From assembly GCA_963806225.1 (NCBI GenBank), contig CAWDXG010000004.1:3808001-3872000 (forward strand): a DNA stretch of 64,000 nucleotides, given 5' to 3'. Each line of letters starts with the position of its first letter. The first letter of the stretch is position 1. The DNA comes from an uncultured delta proteobacterium. GTDB taxonomy: Bacteria; Myxococcota_A; Polyangia; Polyangiales; Polyangiaceae. Both the position numbers and the translations under genes were made by a program. Below the pieces are notes generated by a model. The model was not told the DNA's origin. It did no database searches and saw nothing but the letters and a program-made list of their open reading frames with translations. Below, piece after piece: positions 1 through 9,820 of the stretch.

Positions 1-309
1 GTTCGGGATCGTGGTGCTGGCGTCGCCGCAGGTGACGACGATGCCGCCGTCGGTCGAGGCCGCAGTGCAGCCCGCGCCCGGATTGCCGGTCCCGCCGTCC
101 TGTCCGCTCTTGAGTGTCGCCGTGGTGCCGTCGGCACACGTCACGGTTGCCGTGCCGTCGCCGTTATCGGCGATCGTGCAGCCACCGCCATCGGGCGACG
201 CGCCGGCGGGACCAGTGTCACCCTTCGACCCGCAACCGAGGGCCGAGCCCATCGTCAGCGCAGCGACCGCAAGGAGCCACGCTACGCGTGATTCTTTCTT
301 GCCCATCAT
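1..309 (-). CDS. N-terminal part of a lipoprotein with Gly/Cys-rich linker repeats (runs off the window start)
   Basis: Manual translation MMGKKESRVAWLLAVAALTMGSALGCGSKGDTGPAG..CTIADNGDGTATVTCADG; lipobox ALGC; GGAAGGA RBS upstream. Confidence 0.75.
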   Translation of the reverse strand, partial: MMGKKESRVAWLLAVAALTMGSALGCGSKGDTGPAGASPDGGGCTIADNGDGTATVTCADGTTATLKSGQDGGTGNPGAGCTAASTDGGIVVTCGDASTTIPN

Positions 310-371
310 GAGTTCGTTCCTTCCAAGCCGAGAGTTCGCGGGCGTAGGACACGTCCGCCGGGACGGCCTAA

Positions 372-388
372 AGCAAATCCGGTGCCGG
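372..388 (-). promoter_or_regulatory. sigma-54 (-24/-12) promoter for the lipoprotein gene
   Basis: Minus strand CCGGCACCGGATTTGCT = GG-N10-GC with GGCAC and TTGC cores, about 60 bp upstream of the ATG. Confidence 0.65.
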
Positions 389-488
389 CAAGACTTTCGC
401 GTAATTTCGATGGATTACCGGCCGAAATTCGCGCAGCGGGTGCGAGGTCTTGACGCACCGCGCGCAACGACTGCACGAATCCCGGGAA

Positions 489-502
489 TTGACGGGGATC
501 AA
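489..502. promoter_or_regulatory. FNR-box-like inverted repeat
   Basis: TTGAC-GGGG-ATCAA versus consensus TTGAT-N4-ATCAA. Confidence 0.5.
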
Positions 503-627
503 TCCTTGCGAAAGCGCCCATGGCGCCTCCGTTCACGCAAACGCTGCGTTTCCACGCGGAACCCAGGGCGAAAGAATCGGGCAGCCGGACGCAGGAAACG
601 TGGCTGCGCAGCCTCTGTACCCGGCTG

Positions 628-1365
628 CTACTTGAAACCGTGCAGGTGCACCAGGTACCACTCGCCGCGCCACGAGATGAGCGAGGTGACGCCGAAGCTC
701 CGCTCCTTGCCGTCGGCGGTGCGGTAGCGGAGCAGCGAGTCCAGCACGCGGTAGTAGCCGAGCTTGTTGCCCTCGCTGCCGGGCTTCATCCAGCGCGCGC
801 GCTTCATAGGTACGTCCAGACCGAGCAACCGCGCCTTTTCGGGATGTTGGCCCAGCCGGCGGTGGTAGCGATGGACGGTCCGCTCGTACGCGGCAACGAG
901 GCGATACTTCCAGTCGCGCTCCGGCTTCTGGATGGCCTTGACCTGCCGGTAGGCAAGCACGGGGAAGAAGAACGGCATGCCGATCGAGGGGTCGTCCTTC
1001 TGGATCGCCTCGAAGAGCAGGTCCACATGGTGGCGAAACAGCGCCGAGTCGACCGCGGGCGTAGCGCGCGTCTGGGGCAGCACGCCGCCATCGGGACCTC
1101 GCAGCGCGGGCTCGCTCGGCGGGCCTGCTTCAGCCGTCGCACCGCCGGCTCCCGCGTCGGCGGGCCCGGCGTCGAGCGGCGGCGCTTCCACGACCTCGGC
1201 GGGGATCACGCTGGCCCCCGGGGGCAGCGCTGCAGCCGAGCTGGCCGTCTGCGCCGGGGCCGGCTCCACCGGAGCGGCGGGCTCGGGGGCCGGATGCTGC
1301 CCGCTGTTGCAGGCAGCGAACAGCACGAGCATCGGCGCGACGGATAGGCTGCCCCGGAACGTCAT
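628..1365 (-). CDS. Hypothetical lipoprotein
   Basis: MTFRGSLSVAPMLVLFAAC lipobox, Pro/Ala linker, globular C-terminus ending SLISWRGEWYLVHLHGFK; only the last 245 aa of the 789-aa ORF are plausible. Confidence 0.75.
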   Translation of the reverse strand: MTFRGSLSVAPMLVLFAACNSGQHPAPEPAAPVEPAPAQTASSAAALPPGASVIPAEVVEAPPLDAGPADAGAGGATAEAGPPSEPALRGPDGGVLPQTRATPAVDSALFRHHVDLLFEAIQKDDPSIGMPFFFPVLAYRQVKAIQKPERDWKYRLVAAYERTVHRYHRRLGQHPEKARLLGLDVPMKRARWMKPGSEGNKLGYYRVLDSLLRYRTADGKERSFGVTSLISWRGEWYLVHLHGFK

Positions 1366-1425
1366 GGCGCCGGAGCATGCCCCAGATACGCCGATGCCGC
1401 GAAAAACACGCGCTATAACGGGGGC

Positions 1426-4173
1426 GTGACGGTCCGGACCCTCGTCGGCATCGATCTCGGCACCACGCACACCGTGGTCGCCTTCACCGATGCGAGAGAG
1501 CCTGCGGCGCCGAGGATCTTCCCTATTCCGGAGCTGGTCACGGGCAGCGAGATCGAGGCCCACGAGCTTCTGCCGTCGTTCCTGTACGCACCAACCCAGG
1601 GCGAGCAGGTTGCCGACCCCTGGCGCGACGCGCCCTGGGTGATCGGCGAGCTGGCGCGGCGCCGCGGTCAGGAGGTGCCGGGTCGCGTGGTCAGCTCGGC
1701 AAAGAGCTGGCTGTGCCACGGCGCAGTCGATCGCACCGCGCCGATCCTGCCGTGGGGCGCCTCGGGGGAGGCCTCGGACGTGCCTCGCATCTCGCCCGTG
1801 GACGCGGCGGCGCGCGTGCTGTCGCACGTGCGCCGCGCCTGGGACGCCGCCTTCCCCGACGCGCTGCTGTCCGACCAGCAGGTCGTGCTGACAGTTCCCG
1901 CGTCGTTCGACCAGGCAGCGCGCGAGCTGACGCTTCGGGCCGCGCACCAGGCCGGGCTCGCCGTGCGGTTGCTGGAGGAGCCGCAAGCCGCCTTCTACGA
2001 TTTCATGCAGCAGAGCGGGCAGACGGAGGCGCTCGGCGAGCTGCTCGGCGGCGGCGAGCCCGAAGCACTGGTGCTCGTCTGCGACGTCGGCGGCGGCACC
2101 ACCGACCTGAGCCTGATCCGGGTCGCCCGAGACGAGCAGGGTGCGCTCGACGTGTCGCGCGTCGCCGTGGGGCGCCACCTGCTGCTCGGCGGGGACAACA
2201 TGGACCTCGCACTCGCGCACCTGTGCGAGGCACGACTGGCGGAGCCGCCCGCGCGCCTCGACCCGCAGCGCTTCGGACAGCTCGTGCTCGCCTGCCGCGC
2301 CGCGAAGGAACGACTGCTCGGCGACCAGCCCCCGGACAGCGTGCCCATCCGGCTGCTCGGCTCCGGCTCGGCCCTGGTCGGCGGCACCTTGTCGACCGAC
2401 CTGTCCCGCGAGGAAGTCGCGCGGGTCGTGCTCGACGGCTTCCTGCCGCCTGCGCCACGCGACGCCCGCCCCGGGGCGAGGGGGCGTGCCGGGCTGGTCG
2501 CTTTTGGTCTGCCGTACGAGCGGGATGCCGCGATCACGCGCCACGTAGCCGATTTCTTCGGACGCTACGCTCCCAGTTCCGGCGGGCCGCGGGCGCTTTT
2601 GCTCAACGGCGGGCTGTTCCGGGCCAGGCGTCTCACCGAGCGGCTGCTCAACGTCGTCCAGAGCTGGGGCAACGCCGCGCTCGACGTGCTGCCCGCTCCC
2701 GATCCGGACCTGGCCGTGGCGCGCGGCGCCGTGGCCTATGCTGCGGCGCTCGCGGGTCACGGCCTGCGCATCGGCGGCGGCGCGGCGCACGGCTACTACA
2801 TCGGGCTCGAAGGCGACGGCGGGGGCCGCGCCGCAGTGTGCGTCGTTCCACGCGGCTCGCAGGAGGGCGAGCGACACAGCGCGGCGACACGACGCCTCGC
2901 TCTCAAGCTCGGGCAGCCGGTGCGCTTCGAGCTGTACGCGTCCGACGACGCCGCGGTGCACGCGCCCGGGCAGATCGTGGAGCTGGACGACGAGCACTTC
3001 CGTCCGCTGCCCCCCGTGGCGGCCGGGTTCGACGTGACGGAAAGCGCGCAGCCTGAAGAGGTCCCGGTCGTGCTGGAAGGGGAGCTCAGCGCAATCGGCA
3101 CGCTGGAGCTCGGCTGCGTCGAGGTCGACCCCGCCGGCGAGGCACCACGACGCTTCCGGCTCGCTTTCGAGCTCAGGGGAGGCGAGGCCAAGCCGTCGCC
3201 GGAGGACCGCGGCAACTCACCGAAATCGGTTGGGCGCCGCTTCGACGAGGCCCGCGAAGCGATCGAGCGCGTGTTCGGCAAGAGCCGTGGCGACGTCCGC
3301 CCACGCGAGGTGAAGGATCTGCTGCGGGAGCTGGAACGACTGCTCGGCGAACGCGCGTCCTGGACAGGCGAGCTGACACGCGCCCTGTTCGACGTGCTCG
3401 CTCCGAAGAAGAAGGCCCGGCGCCGCTCACCGGATCACGAGCGCATGTTCTGGATGCTCGCCGGCTACTGCCTCCGTCCCGGATACGGCCATCCGCTGGA
3501 CCCCCAGCGCATCCGGCAGATCGTTCCGCTCGAAGAGCAGCACCTGACCTTCCAACAGGAAGCCCGGGGTTGGCAGCAGTACTGGATTGCCTGGCGGCGC
3601 ATCGCAGGCGGTCTGGACGAGGAGGTCCAGGTGCGCCTGCGGAACCGGGTCGATCCGTTCCTTGCGCCGAGCGAGCTCAAGCTGAAAAAGCCGAAGGGCT
3701 TCAAGCCGCTGGCCCACGACGAGATGCTGGAGATGGTCGCCTCGCTCGAGCGGGTGCCGGCCGAACGCCGCGCCGAGCTGGGCCGGTGGCTCATCGAGCG
3801 CACATGGACCGACCGGAATCCGCGGCTCTGGGCGGCGATAGGCCGTATCGGCGCACGTGTTCCTACATACGCCAGCGTGCACCATGTGGTGGCACCCCGG
3901 ACCGTCGAACGCTGGGTGGACCATCTACTACGCGAGAAATGGGAAGAAATGCCCAGTGCACCGCGGGCGGCGATGCAACTGGTCCGGCTCACGGACGATC
4001 GGGTGCGTGACGTTTCCGCTACGCTCCGTGAGGAAGTAGCGAAGCGGCTGGAACAGTCCGGTGCGCCCCCCGAGTGGTCGCAGTCGGTGAAACATTTCGT
4101 CCCGGTCCGGGAGAACGACCGGACGGAATTTTTCGGCGAGGAGCTTCCGGTCGGCCTCAGGTTGGCGGACTGA
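1426..4173 (+). CDS. Non-canonical Hsp70-family protein with a long helical C-terminal domain (DUF3731-like)
   Basis: GIDLGTTHT, TVPASFD, LEEPQAAFY, DVGGGTTD, GGDNMD Hsp70 ATPase motifs; C-terminal LAGYCLRPGYG and WIAWRRIAGGL region. Confidence 0.9.
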   Translation: MTVRTLVGIDLGTTHTVVAFTDAREPAAPRIFPIPELVTGSEIEAHELLPSFLYAPTQGEQVADPWRDAPWVIGELARRRGQEVPGRVVSSAKSWLCHGAVDRTAPILPWGASGEASDVPRISPVDAAARVLSHVRRAWDAAFPDALLSDQQVVLTVPASFDQAARELTLRAAHQAGLAVRLLEEPQAAFYDFMQQSGQTEALGELLGGGEPEALVLVCDVGGGTTDLSLIRVARDEQGALDVSRVAVGRHLLLGGDNMDLALAHLCEARLAEPPARLDPQRFGQLVLACRAAKERLLGDQPPDSVPIRLLGSGSALVGGTLSTDLSREEVARVVLDGFLPPAPRDARPGARGRAGLVAFGLPYERDAAITRHVADFFGRYAPSSGGPRALLLNGGLFRARRLTERLLNVVQSWGNAALDVLPAPDPDLAVARGAVAYAAALAGHGLRIGGGAAHGYYIGLEGDGGGRAAVCVVPRGSQEGERHSAATRRLALKLGQPVRFELYASDDAAVHAPGQIVELDDEHFRPLPPVAAGFDVTESAQPEEVPVVLEGELSAIGTLELGCVEVDPAGEAPRRFRLAFELRGGEAKPSPEDRGNSPKSVGRRFDEAREAIERVFGKSRGDVRPREVKDLLRELERLLGERASWTGELTRALFDVLAPKKKARRRSPDHERMFWMLAGYCLRPGYGHPLDPQRIRQIVPLEEQHLTFQQEARGWQQYWIAWRRIAGGLDEEVQVRLRNRVDPFLAPSELKLKKPKGFKPLAHDEMLEMVASLERVPAERRAELGRWLIERTWTDRNPRLWAAIGRIGARVPTYASVHHVVAPRTVERWVDHLLREKWEEMPSAPRAAMQLVRLTDDRVRDVSATLREEVAKRLEQSGAPPEWSQSVKHFVPVRENDRTEFFGEELPVGLRLAD

Positions 4174-4264
4174 TCGCAGGGCCGGGCCGAGCTTGTCGTC
4201 CCACAGCGCTCCGGCTAGAGTCGAGCGTTCCGGAAACAGGAGCGCAAGGGGGGGAAACAAGGGC

Positions 4265-6208
4265 ATGATGAGTGGTCGGGACGTCGTCGAATCGCCGGGC
4301 AAGTCCCGGATCGGCAGCGTGCTTGGCGGCAGGTGGCAGCTCGTGGGCCTCCTCGGCAGCGGCCTGGTGAGCCATGTGTACGAGGCCACCGACGAGACCG
4401 GGGGCCGCGTCGTGGCGAGCGTGCTCCGTGGCGAGCTGGTCGCCGACAGCGAGCTGCGCGAGGGATTCGTGACCGCCGGACGGGAAGCGGCCCGGGTCGG
4501 CCACGCCGACAGCGTCTGGGTGCTGGGACACGGCCTGACCGACGACGGATACCCGTTCGTGGTGTCGGAGCTGCTGGAAGGCGAGACCTTCGCGAAGCTC
4601 GTCCAACGGCGGCGAGGACGATTGTATCCGGCCGAGGCGCTCAGGCTGGTGAGGGATGCGCTCGACGTGGTGGCCGCCGCACACGCGAACGGCATCGTGC
4701 ACGGCGAGCTCACACCGGACCGGCTGTTCATCACGGACGGCGGCACGATCAAGGTGCTCGGATTCGGAATCACGGCGCTCAGGCGCCGGGCGGCGGAGCT
4801 TCTCGAAGTGGACACCGTCCCGGACGCCGAGTCGTACCGCGCGCCGGAGCAGCAGCGGGGCGGCACGGCAGTTGCGCAGAGCGACCTGTTTGCGCTCGGC
4901 GCGGTCCTGTACACGCTGCTGACGGGCTTGGACGGCGCCGAGCCAGGGGCGCGTGGAGGCGCCCGGTCGCTGGTCACGTTTGCCCCGACAGCACCGCCCA
5001 GCCTGTTGAAGCTCGTCGAACGGGCTCTGGCGCCCACACCCGAACAACGATTCCCGGACGCGCGAGCGATGCGTGCCGCGGTGGACCAGGCGCTCATGCT
5101 TCCCGAGCTGCTCAACTTGCGCAGCCTGCAGGACGCTCCCGCGCGCGCTACGCCCACGCCACGCAGGGATGTGAGCCGCGAGCCGCCGCTCAGCCATCGC
5201 AACACCTTGCCCGCCCCTTCCGACAGCGGGCAGGGAGCACCGTTCAGCGCTCCGCTCAGTCCCCCTTCCGCGCCCGGAACCGGATCCGGGCGGCACGCGA
5301 CGGTGCGCGTCGCCGAGCGGGCCGCCCTTCGCGCGGGCTGGCGCGGGGGCCTGGCGGACACGATGCCGGCGATCGACGCCGACGTGCTCGCCGACGTCGC
5401 CCCGGCATCTGCGCAGCGCCCGGCGCGCGCGCAGGGCGAACTGGACATCGACGGCCTGCGTGAGCTGTTCGCCCAGCTGGAGCGCACGCTGCTCTGCAGC
5501 ATCGCCCACGGCGCCGAGCACGCGGAAACCGCGCGTGGGATGCGGGCACTGGGCGAGCACGCGGACGAGCTTCTTGCGACCACCCGGACCGCGCTGTACT
5601 GGAACGTCACCGAAACGGGCTTCGCCGCTGCGGGCAAGAGCGTCTGGCAGCCGCAGGGGGAGCTCGCACGGGTGCCGGCCCGCTTGTTTTCCGATGGGGT
5701 GCGCTTGCTCGCGCTGCTACCCGGACTCGAACGAAGCGAGCTCGGGCGGCTGGTGGAAATCCTCGCGTACGACCCCGACACCGCGGCGTCGCGAGAAGAC
5801 GACCTGGTCACGCTGTTGTGGCAGGCAGCGCTGCCGCACGTCATGCACCATGCGGTCGGACCCTTCGTGGATCAGGAAGCCCGCGCCCGCTTCGAACAGG
5901 AAAAGCGCGAGACCGTAGCGCTGGTTCGCTTCGACACCAGCTTCCAGCTCGAGGACTGCTGGCGAGAAGCACGTGGGGACACATCTCCAGCGCAGTGGCG
6001 CGAGTCGCTCCTGCTGGTGCTCGGGCGGCGGCGGAACGAGGACGGACAGACGTTCGTCGGCGGACGTGCAGCGCTGAGAGTGGACCCCGCCGAGCGCGAG
6101 GCCACTGCAGCACGCCTGGCGTCGGAAGAGCGGGTCGGCGCGGCACGCTTCGAGGCCGTGTTGCGCGCAACCGAGTCGAGCTCGGGTGGGGACGGGAACA
6201 GGTCATGA
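4265..6208 (+). CDS. Ser/Thr protein kinase-like protein, probable pseudokinase
   Basis: LGSGLVSHVY, ELLEGET, HGELTPDRLF (for HRDxKPxN), KVLGFG (for DFG), YRAPEQ, SDLFALG. Confidence 0.8.
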   Translation: MMSGRDVVESPGKSRIGSVLGGRWQLVGLLGSGLVSHVYEATDETGGRVVASVLRGELVADSELREGFVTAGREAARVGHADSVWVLGHGLTDDGYPFVVSELLEGETFAKLVQRRRGRLYPAEALRLVRDALDVVAAAHANGIVHGELTPDRLFITDGGTIKVLGFGITALRRRAAELLEVDTVPDAESYRAPEQQRGGTAVAQSDLFALGAVLYTLLTGLDGAEPGARGGARSLVTFAPTAPPSLLKLVERALAPTPEQRFPDARAMRAAVDQALMLPELLNLRSLQDAPARATPTPRRDVSREPPLSHRNTLPAPSDSGQGAPFSAPLSPPSAPGTGSGRHATVRVAERAALRAGWRGGLADTMPAIDADVLADVAPASAQRPARAQGELDIDGLRELFAQLERTLLCSIAHGAEHAETARGMRALGEHADELLATTRTALYWNVTETGFAAAGKSVWQPQGELARVPARLFSDGVRLLALLPGLERSELGRLVEILAYDPDTAASREDDLVTLLWQAALPHVMHHAVGPFVDQEARARFEQEKRETVALVRFDTSFQLEDCWREARGDTSPAQWRESLLLVLGRRRNEDGQTFVGGRAALRVDPAEREATAARLASEERVGAARFEAVLRATESSSGGDGNRS

Positions 6209-7168
6209 GCGCCACCCCGTCTCTACCGCCAGGCGACTCGTTGGACGTGGACGGGGTGCTTGGGCTGTACGCCTGTGCCATCACGACCGTCGGCCGCTTC
6301 CTCGAGAGCGTTGCCCACGGGGACGTGCCGTCGATCGTACCCATCAAGCGCGTGGCGGAGCGTCTCGCCTCCGCCACCGCCTCCGGGAGCCCCCTGCTCA
6401 GGGCCATCGTGGCGCTGGCGGCTGCGCGTCGGGATCTGCCGGCGCGCGCGGTGCAGTCGGCCATGCTCGCGCTGCTCGTCGCCCGGGAAGTCAGCGACAA
6501 CCGCCCGGCGCTATCGCGCCTGGCGGAGGCTGCGATGATGGTCGACTCCGGCAGCGTGCTGCTGGCCCGTAGCGCCGGAGGCTCGCTGCCGGATCGCCTG
6601 CAGGCAGAAGTCCCCGCGAAGACCGCCGCGGTGTGCCTCGCGGCAAGCGGAGCAACGCCTGACCTGGCGCAGGTCCGCGCAACGACCGCGTTCGAAGTGG
6701 CGTGGCTCGAGCGCAGCGCGCTGCTCGGCCCGTTGAACAGCTCCGCGATGGGCCCGCTGCTCGGCGCGCGGCTCATCGTGATGGTGCGCGCGCTGCTCTC
6801 CAGGATCGCTCCGCAGGGCGGCGAGCCGGGCCTGTCCCCGCCCGATGCGCTGCACGGCGTGGCGCAGATGCCCGGCTCCGACCCGGTGTTGGTCCGGCTG
6901 CTCGTCGCGGCGCTCGGGGCGGTACCCGTCGGTACCGTGGTGGAGCTGGATACGGGTGAGTGGGCGGTCGTCGCGGCACCGCCGGCCGATCCGACCCGGA
7001 TCGGATCAGCCCCGGATCCGCGTGGTCACCGACACCAAGGGACGCGCGCGGGAGCAGCTTGTGGAGCTCGATCTCGCCGTGGGGCCACGCGGCTCGCTGC
7101 CGTCGATCCAACGAATCGTGCCGCCGGGCAAGGCCCGGTTCAACGTGGCCGCGGCGCTGTTCGTCTGA
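6205..7168 (+). CDS. Degenerate HD-GYP-like protein, frameshift near 7000
   Basis: ATGA overlap with the kinase stop; IKRVAERL, SPPDAL, LGAVPVGTVVELDTGEWAVV, continuing in another frame as DQPRIRVVTDTKG; no HD dyad visible. Confidence 0.6.
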
Positions 7169-7300
7169 GTTTCCGGCGTTTTCCGGCCCGGAAGCCGCGT
7201 TCCCGGGCAGAATCGACCGGCGGCTGAAATACGCCGGCCCCCTGCCGCGAATGGACCAGCAGGGATGCTTCTCGCCAGTCATGTACGGGCTCCTTTCGTG

Positions 7301-7856
7301 ATGCCGGGTCTATCTCCGCCGCAACGGGTGGGTTTCGACGAGCTCGAAGCGCTGCGACCGGCCGTGCGTGGCCTCACCGCCCACCTCCTGCGCGAGCGCG
7401 TAGGGCACCCCGACGTGGAAGACTGCGCCAGCGAGACCTTCCGTCGGGCGCTCGAGGGGCGCGAGCGGCTGCGCGAGGGCGCACCTGTCCGGCCCTGGCT
7501 GCTGGGCATCGCCCGCCACGTCGCGCTCGACGCGCTCAGGGCGCGGCGGCGGGCGAACCTGCGGGACGGCGGGGCTGGGGATGAGCTGGCGTCGAGCCCG
7601 ATCGTGGAGCGGGTGGCGGATCCCGGGCCCCTGCCGGACGCGCAGACCGAACATCGCGAGCGGGTCGCCCGCGTCCAGGCTGCAATGGATCAGCTACCCG
7701 AGCAGCCGCGCCTGGCGCTGTCGCTCTTCCACATCGAAGGGCTTGGCTATCGCGAGAATCGCCGAGCGCATGGGCGTGCCCGTGGGCACGGTCGGGACCT
7801 GGGTTACCCGCGGACGGCAGAGCCTCGCCGCCGCGCTGTCGGAGAAGGAAAGATGA
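7301..7856 (+). CDS. ECF (sigma-70 group 4) sigma factor, frameshift near 7757
   Basis: DVEDCASETF and PWLLGIARHVALD (region 2); LPEQPRLALSLFHIEGLGYRE then IAERMGVPVGTVGTWVTRGR (region 4) after removing one A. Confidence 0.85.
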
Positions 7857-8386
7857 GCCACCAAAGCACGCTCGAAAGCGAGCTCGTCTGGCGCGACGAC
7901 GGGCATCTGACGGACATCGCCGTCACATCGCTCGCCGATGGACAGCTCCAACTGCTACCGGAGCGCGCGCGGACGCACGCAACGGACTGCGCCGAGTGCG
8001 CGGACCGCATAGGAGCCGCCGCGCTGGTGTCGCTGCAGGCGGGAGAAGCACTCGAGGAGGCCTCTCTCGCGCTCGCACCGGCGCAGCTAGCGCCGGCTCC
8101 GGTCCGCCGCCCGCTGCCCACCGCCGCGGTCGCCGCAGCGCTGCTTCTCGCAGTGCTGGGCGTGGTGCCGAGCCTGCCCATACTCCGAGCGCTGCTGCTG
8201 CAGGCGCCGGGCCTCTTGCTGCATGCGATTCCCGCCGTCGCCCATTCCGCGGCGGTGGTGCTCGAGAGCGGGGGCGACCCCGCGCATCTGGCGGTTCTGT
8301 GGTGTGCCGTCGCCGTGATGCTGATGGCCGCCGGTCTGGTCGTGGCGCGGGTCGCGCCGCGTCACGCCTCGAAGGGAGAGCACTGA
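7853..8386 (+). CDS. Zinc-binding (HxxxCxxC) membrane anti-sigma factor
   Basis: ATGA overlap with the sigma stop; GHLTD..HATDCAEC; two to three TM segments. Confidence 0.75.
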   Translation: MSHQSTLESELVWRDDGHLTDIAVTSLADGQLQLLPERARTHATDCAECADRIGAAALVSLQAGEALEEASLALAPAQLAPAPVRRPLPTAAVAAALLLAVLGVVPSLPILRALLLQAPGLLLHAIPAVAHSAAVVLESGGDPAHLAVLWCAVAVMLMAAGLVVARVAPRHASKGEH

Positions 8387-9810
8387 TGTCCCGCCCCGAA
8401 CGTTCGAGAAGTCCGAAGCTGCAACGCGCCCTCGTGGGGCTCGTCGCGTTCTGCATGGCACTGGTCGCCGTCCGCGCGAGCGCGGAGGTGCGCCACACGG
8501 GGACGTGGCCGGAGCACGACAAGAAGGTGACGCTCTCCGTCCAGCGCATGCCGCGCTCGCAGGCGATCCGCGAGCTGGCGAAGAAGGCGGGGTGGAGCGT
8601 GGTCGTGCGCTCGCCCTCGGACGAGCCGGTCGAGGTGGCCGTGAAGAACCAACCCGCCGACAAGGTGCTCGACCTCCTGCTGGCCGACGGGCACTTCGTA
8701 GCGGACCGGGACGGCGACCTGATCTCGATCGCACCGGAAGCGGCTGCCGCACCGCCCGCGGCGAGCGCTGCACCAGCTGGAGCGACATCCGCCACCGCAA
8801 CTCCACCGGCTCCCGCTTCGAGCGCGGCTTCCGCTCCGGGTGCCGCGGCGGTTCCACCCGCCGCGGCTGCTCCGAGCGCGGCTCCTGTCGCAAGCGCGGC
8901 GTCCGCGAGCGAGAGCGCCGCCAAAAAGACGAAGCCGACACGGCGCGGCCACGATCGTGTGGTGACGGGCAGCAGCGTGCGCATCGACAAGAGCGACATT
9001 GTCCACGACCTCGTCGTGATGGGCGGCTCGGCCGAGGTGTTCGGCCAGGTCACCGGGGATCTCGTCGTGATCGGCGGCTCCGCCCGCGTCCACAACGGAG
9101 CTCATGTGTACGGCGATGCCACCACCGTCGGCGGCTCGCTGACCGTCGACGACGGCGCGCGGGTGGATGGCGACGCGGGCGTCGTGGGCGGCAATCTGCA
9201 CAGGAAGGGCGACGCGAAGATCGGCGGCAAGGCCAGCCAGGACAAGCTGAACATCAGCGTGGGAAGCCACGGCGACCACGAGCGCGGCAGCTGGCTCACG
9301 CGCGCTCTGCGCGACGTGGGTGGCGCGATGACCCGCGCGGCGCTCTTGTTCGTGTTCGGCGCAGTGCTGTTCGCGCTGGCCACGCGGCGCATGGAGTCGC
9401 TCGAACTGGAGGCCACGTCGCGACCGATGCGCTCCTTTGCGCTGGGCGTGGTGGGTCTCCTGCTGGGCGCGCTGGCGATCGTCGCGCTGTGCGTGACCAT
9501 CGTGGGGATCCCGCTGGCGATCATCGGGGCGTTGCTGGCCGTCTTTGCGGGCTACGCGGGCGTCTGCGCCGTGCTCACTGCCGTGGGCTCCGCGCTGGTG
9601 CGCCACAAGAGCGACAACGTGTACGTCCACCTCGCTGTCGGCTGCGCGCTGCTGCTGGTGCTGGGCTCGATTCCGTATCTCGGGGGGCTCGTCACGGTGG
9701 CGTTGCTCTTCACCAGCGTGGGCGTGGTCGTCGCCACCCGCGGGGCCGGCATCTTCAACCCGAAGCATGGCACTCCGCCTCCGACCCCGTACGGCGCAGC
9801 AGCAGCGTAG
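8386..9810 (+). CDS. Exported STN-like domain + bactofilin-like beta-helix + multi-TM membrane protein
   Basis: Signal peptide; VTLSVQRMPRSQAIRELAKKAGWSVVV..VKNQPADKVLDLLL; repeats DLVVMGGSAEV/GDLVVIGGSARV/GDATTVGGSLTV/GDAGVVGGNL; about five TM helices. Confidence 0.8.
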   Translation: MSRPERSRSPKLQRALVGLVAFCMALVAVRASAEVRHTGTWPEHDKKVTLSVQRMPRSQAIRELAKKAGWSVVVRSPSDEPVEVAVKNQPADKVLDLLLADGHFVADRDGDLISIAPEAAAAPPAASAAPAGATSATATPPAPASSAASAPGAAAVPPAAAAPSAAPVASAASASESAAKKTKPTRRGHDRVVTGSSVRIDKSDIVHDLVVMGGSAEVFGQVTGDLVVIGGSARVHNGAHVYGDATTVGGSLTVDDGARVDGDAGVVGGNLHRKGDAKIGGKASQDKLNISVGSHGDHERGSWLTRALRDVGGAMTRAALLFVFGAVLFALATRRMESLELEATSRPMRSFALGVVGLLLGALAIVALCVTIVGIPLAIIGALLAVFAGYAGVCAVLTAVGSALVRHKSDNVYVHLAVGCALLLVLGSIPYLGGLVTVALLFTSVGVVVATRGAGIFNPKHGTPPPTPYGAAAA

Positions 9811-9820
9811 ACTGGCAGGG

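Noticed and set aside
7265..8386. Natural sigma/anti-sigma fusion (373-aa ORF)
   Set aside because: One extra A breaks sigma region 4; the intact helix-turn-helix continues in another frame and ends at an ATGA overlap
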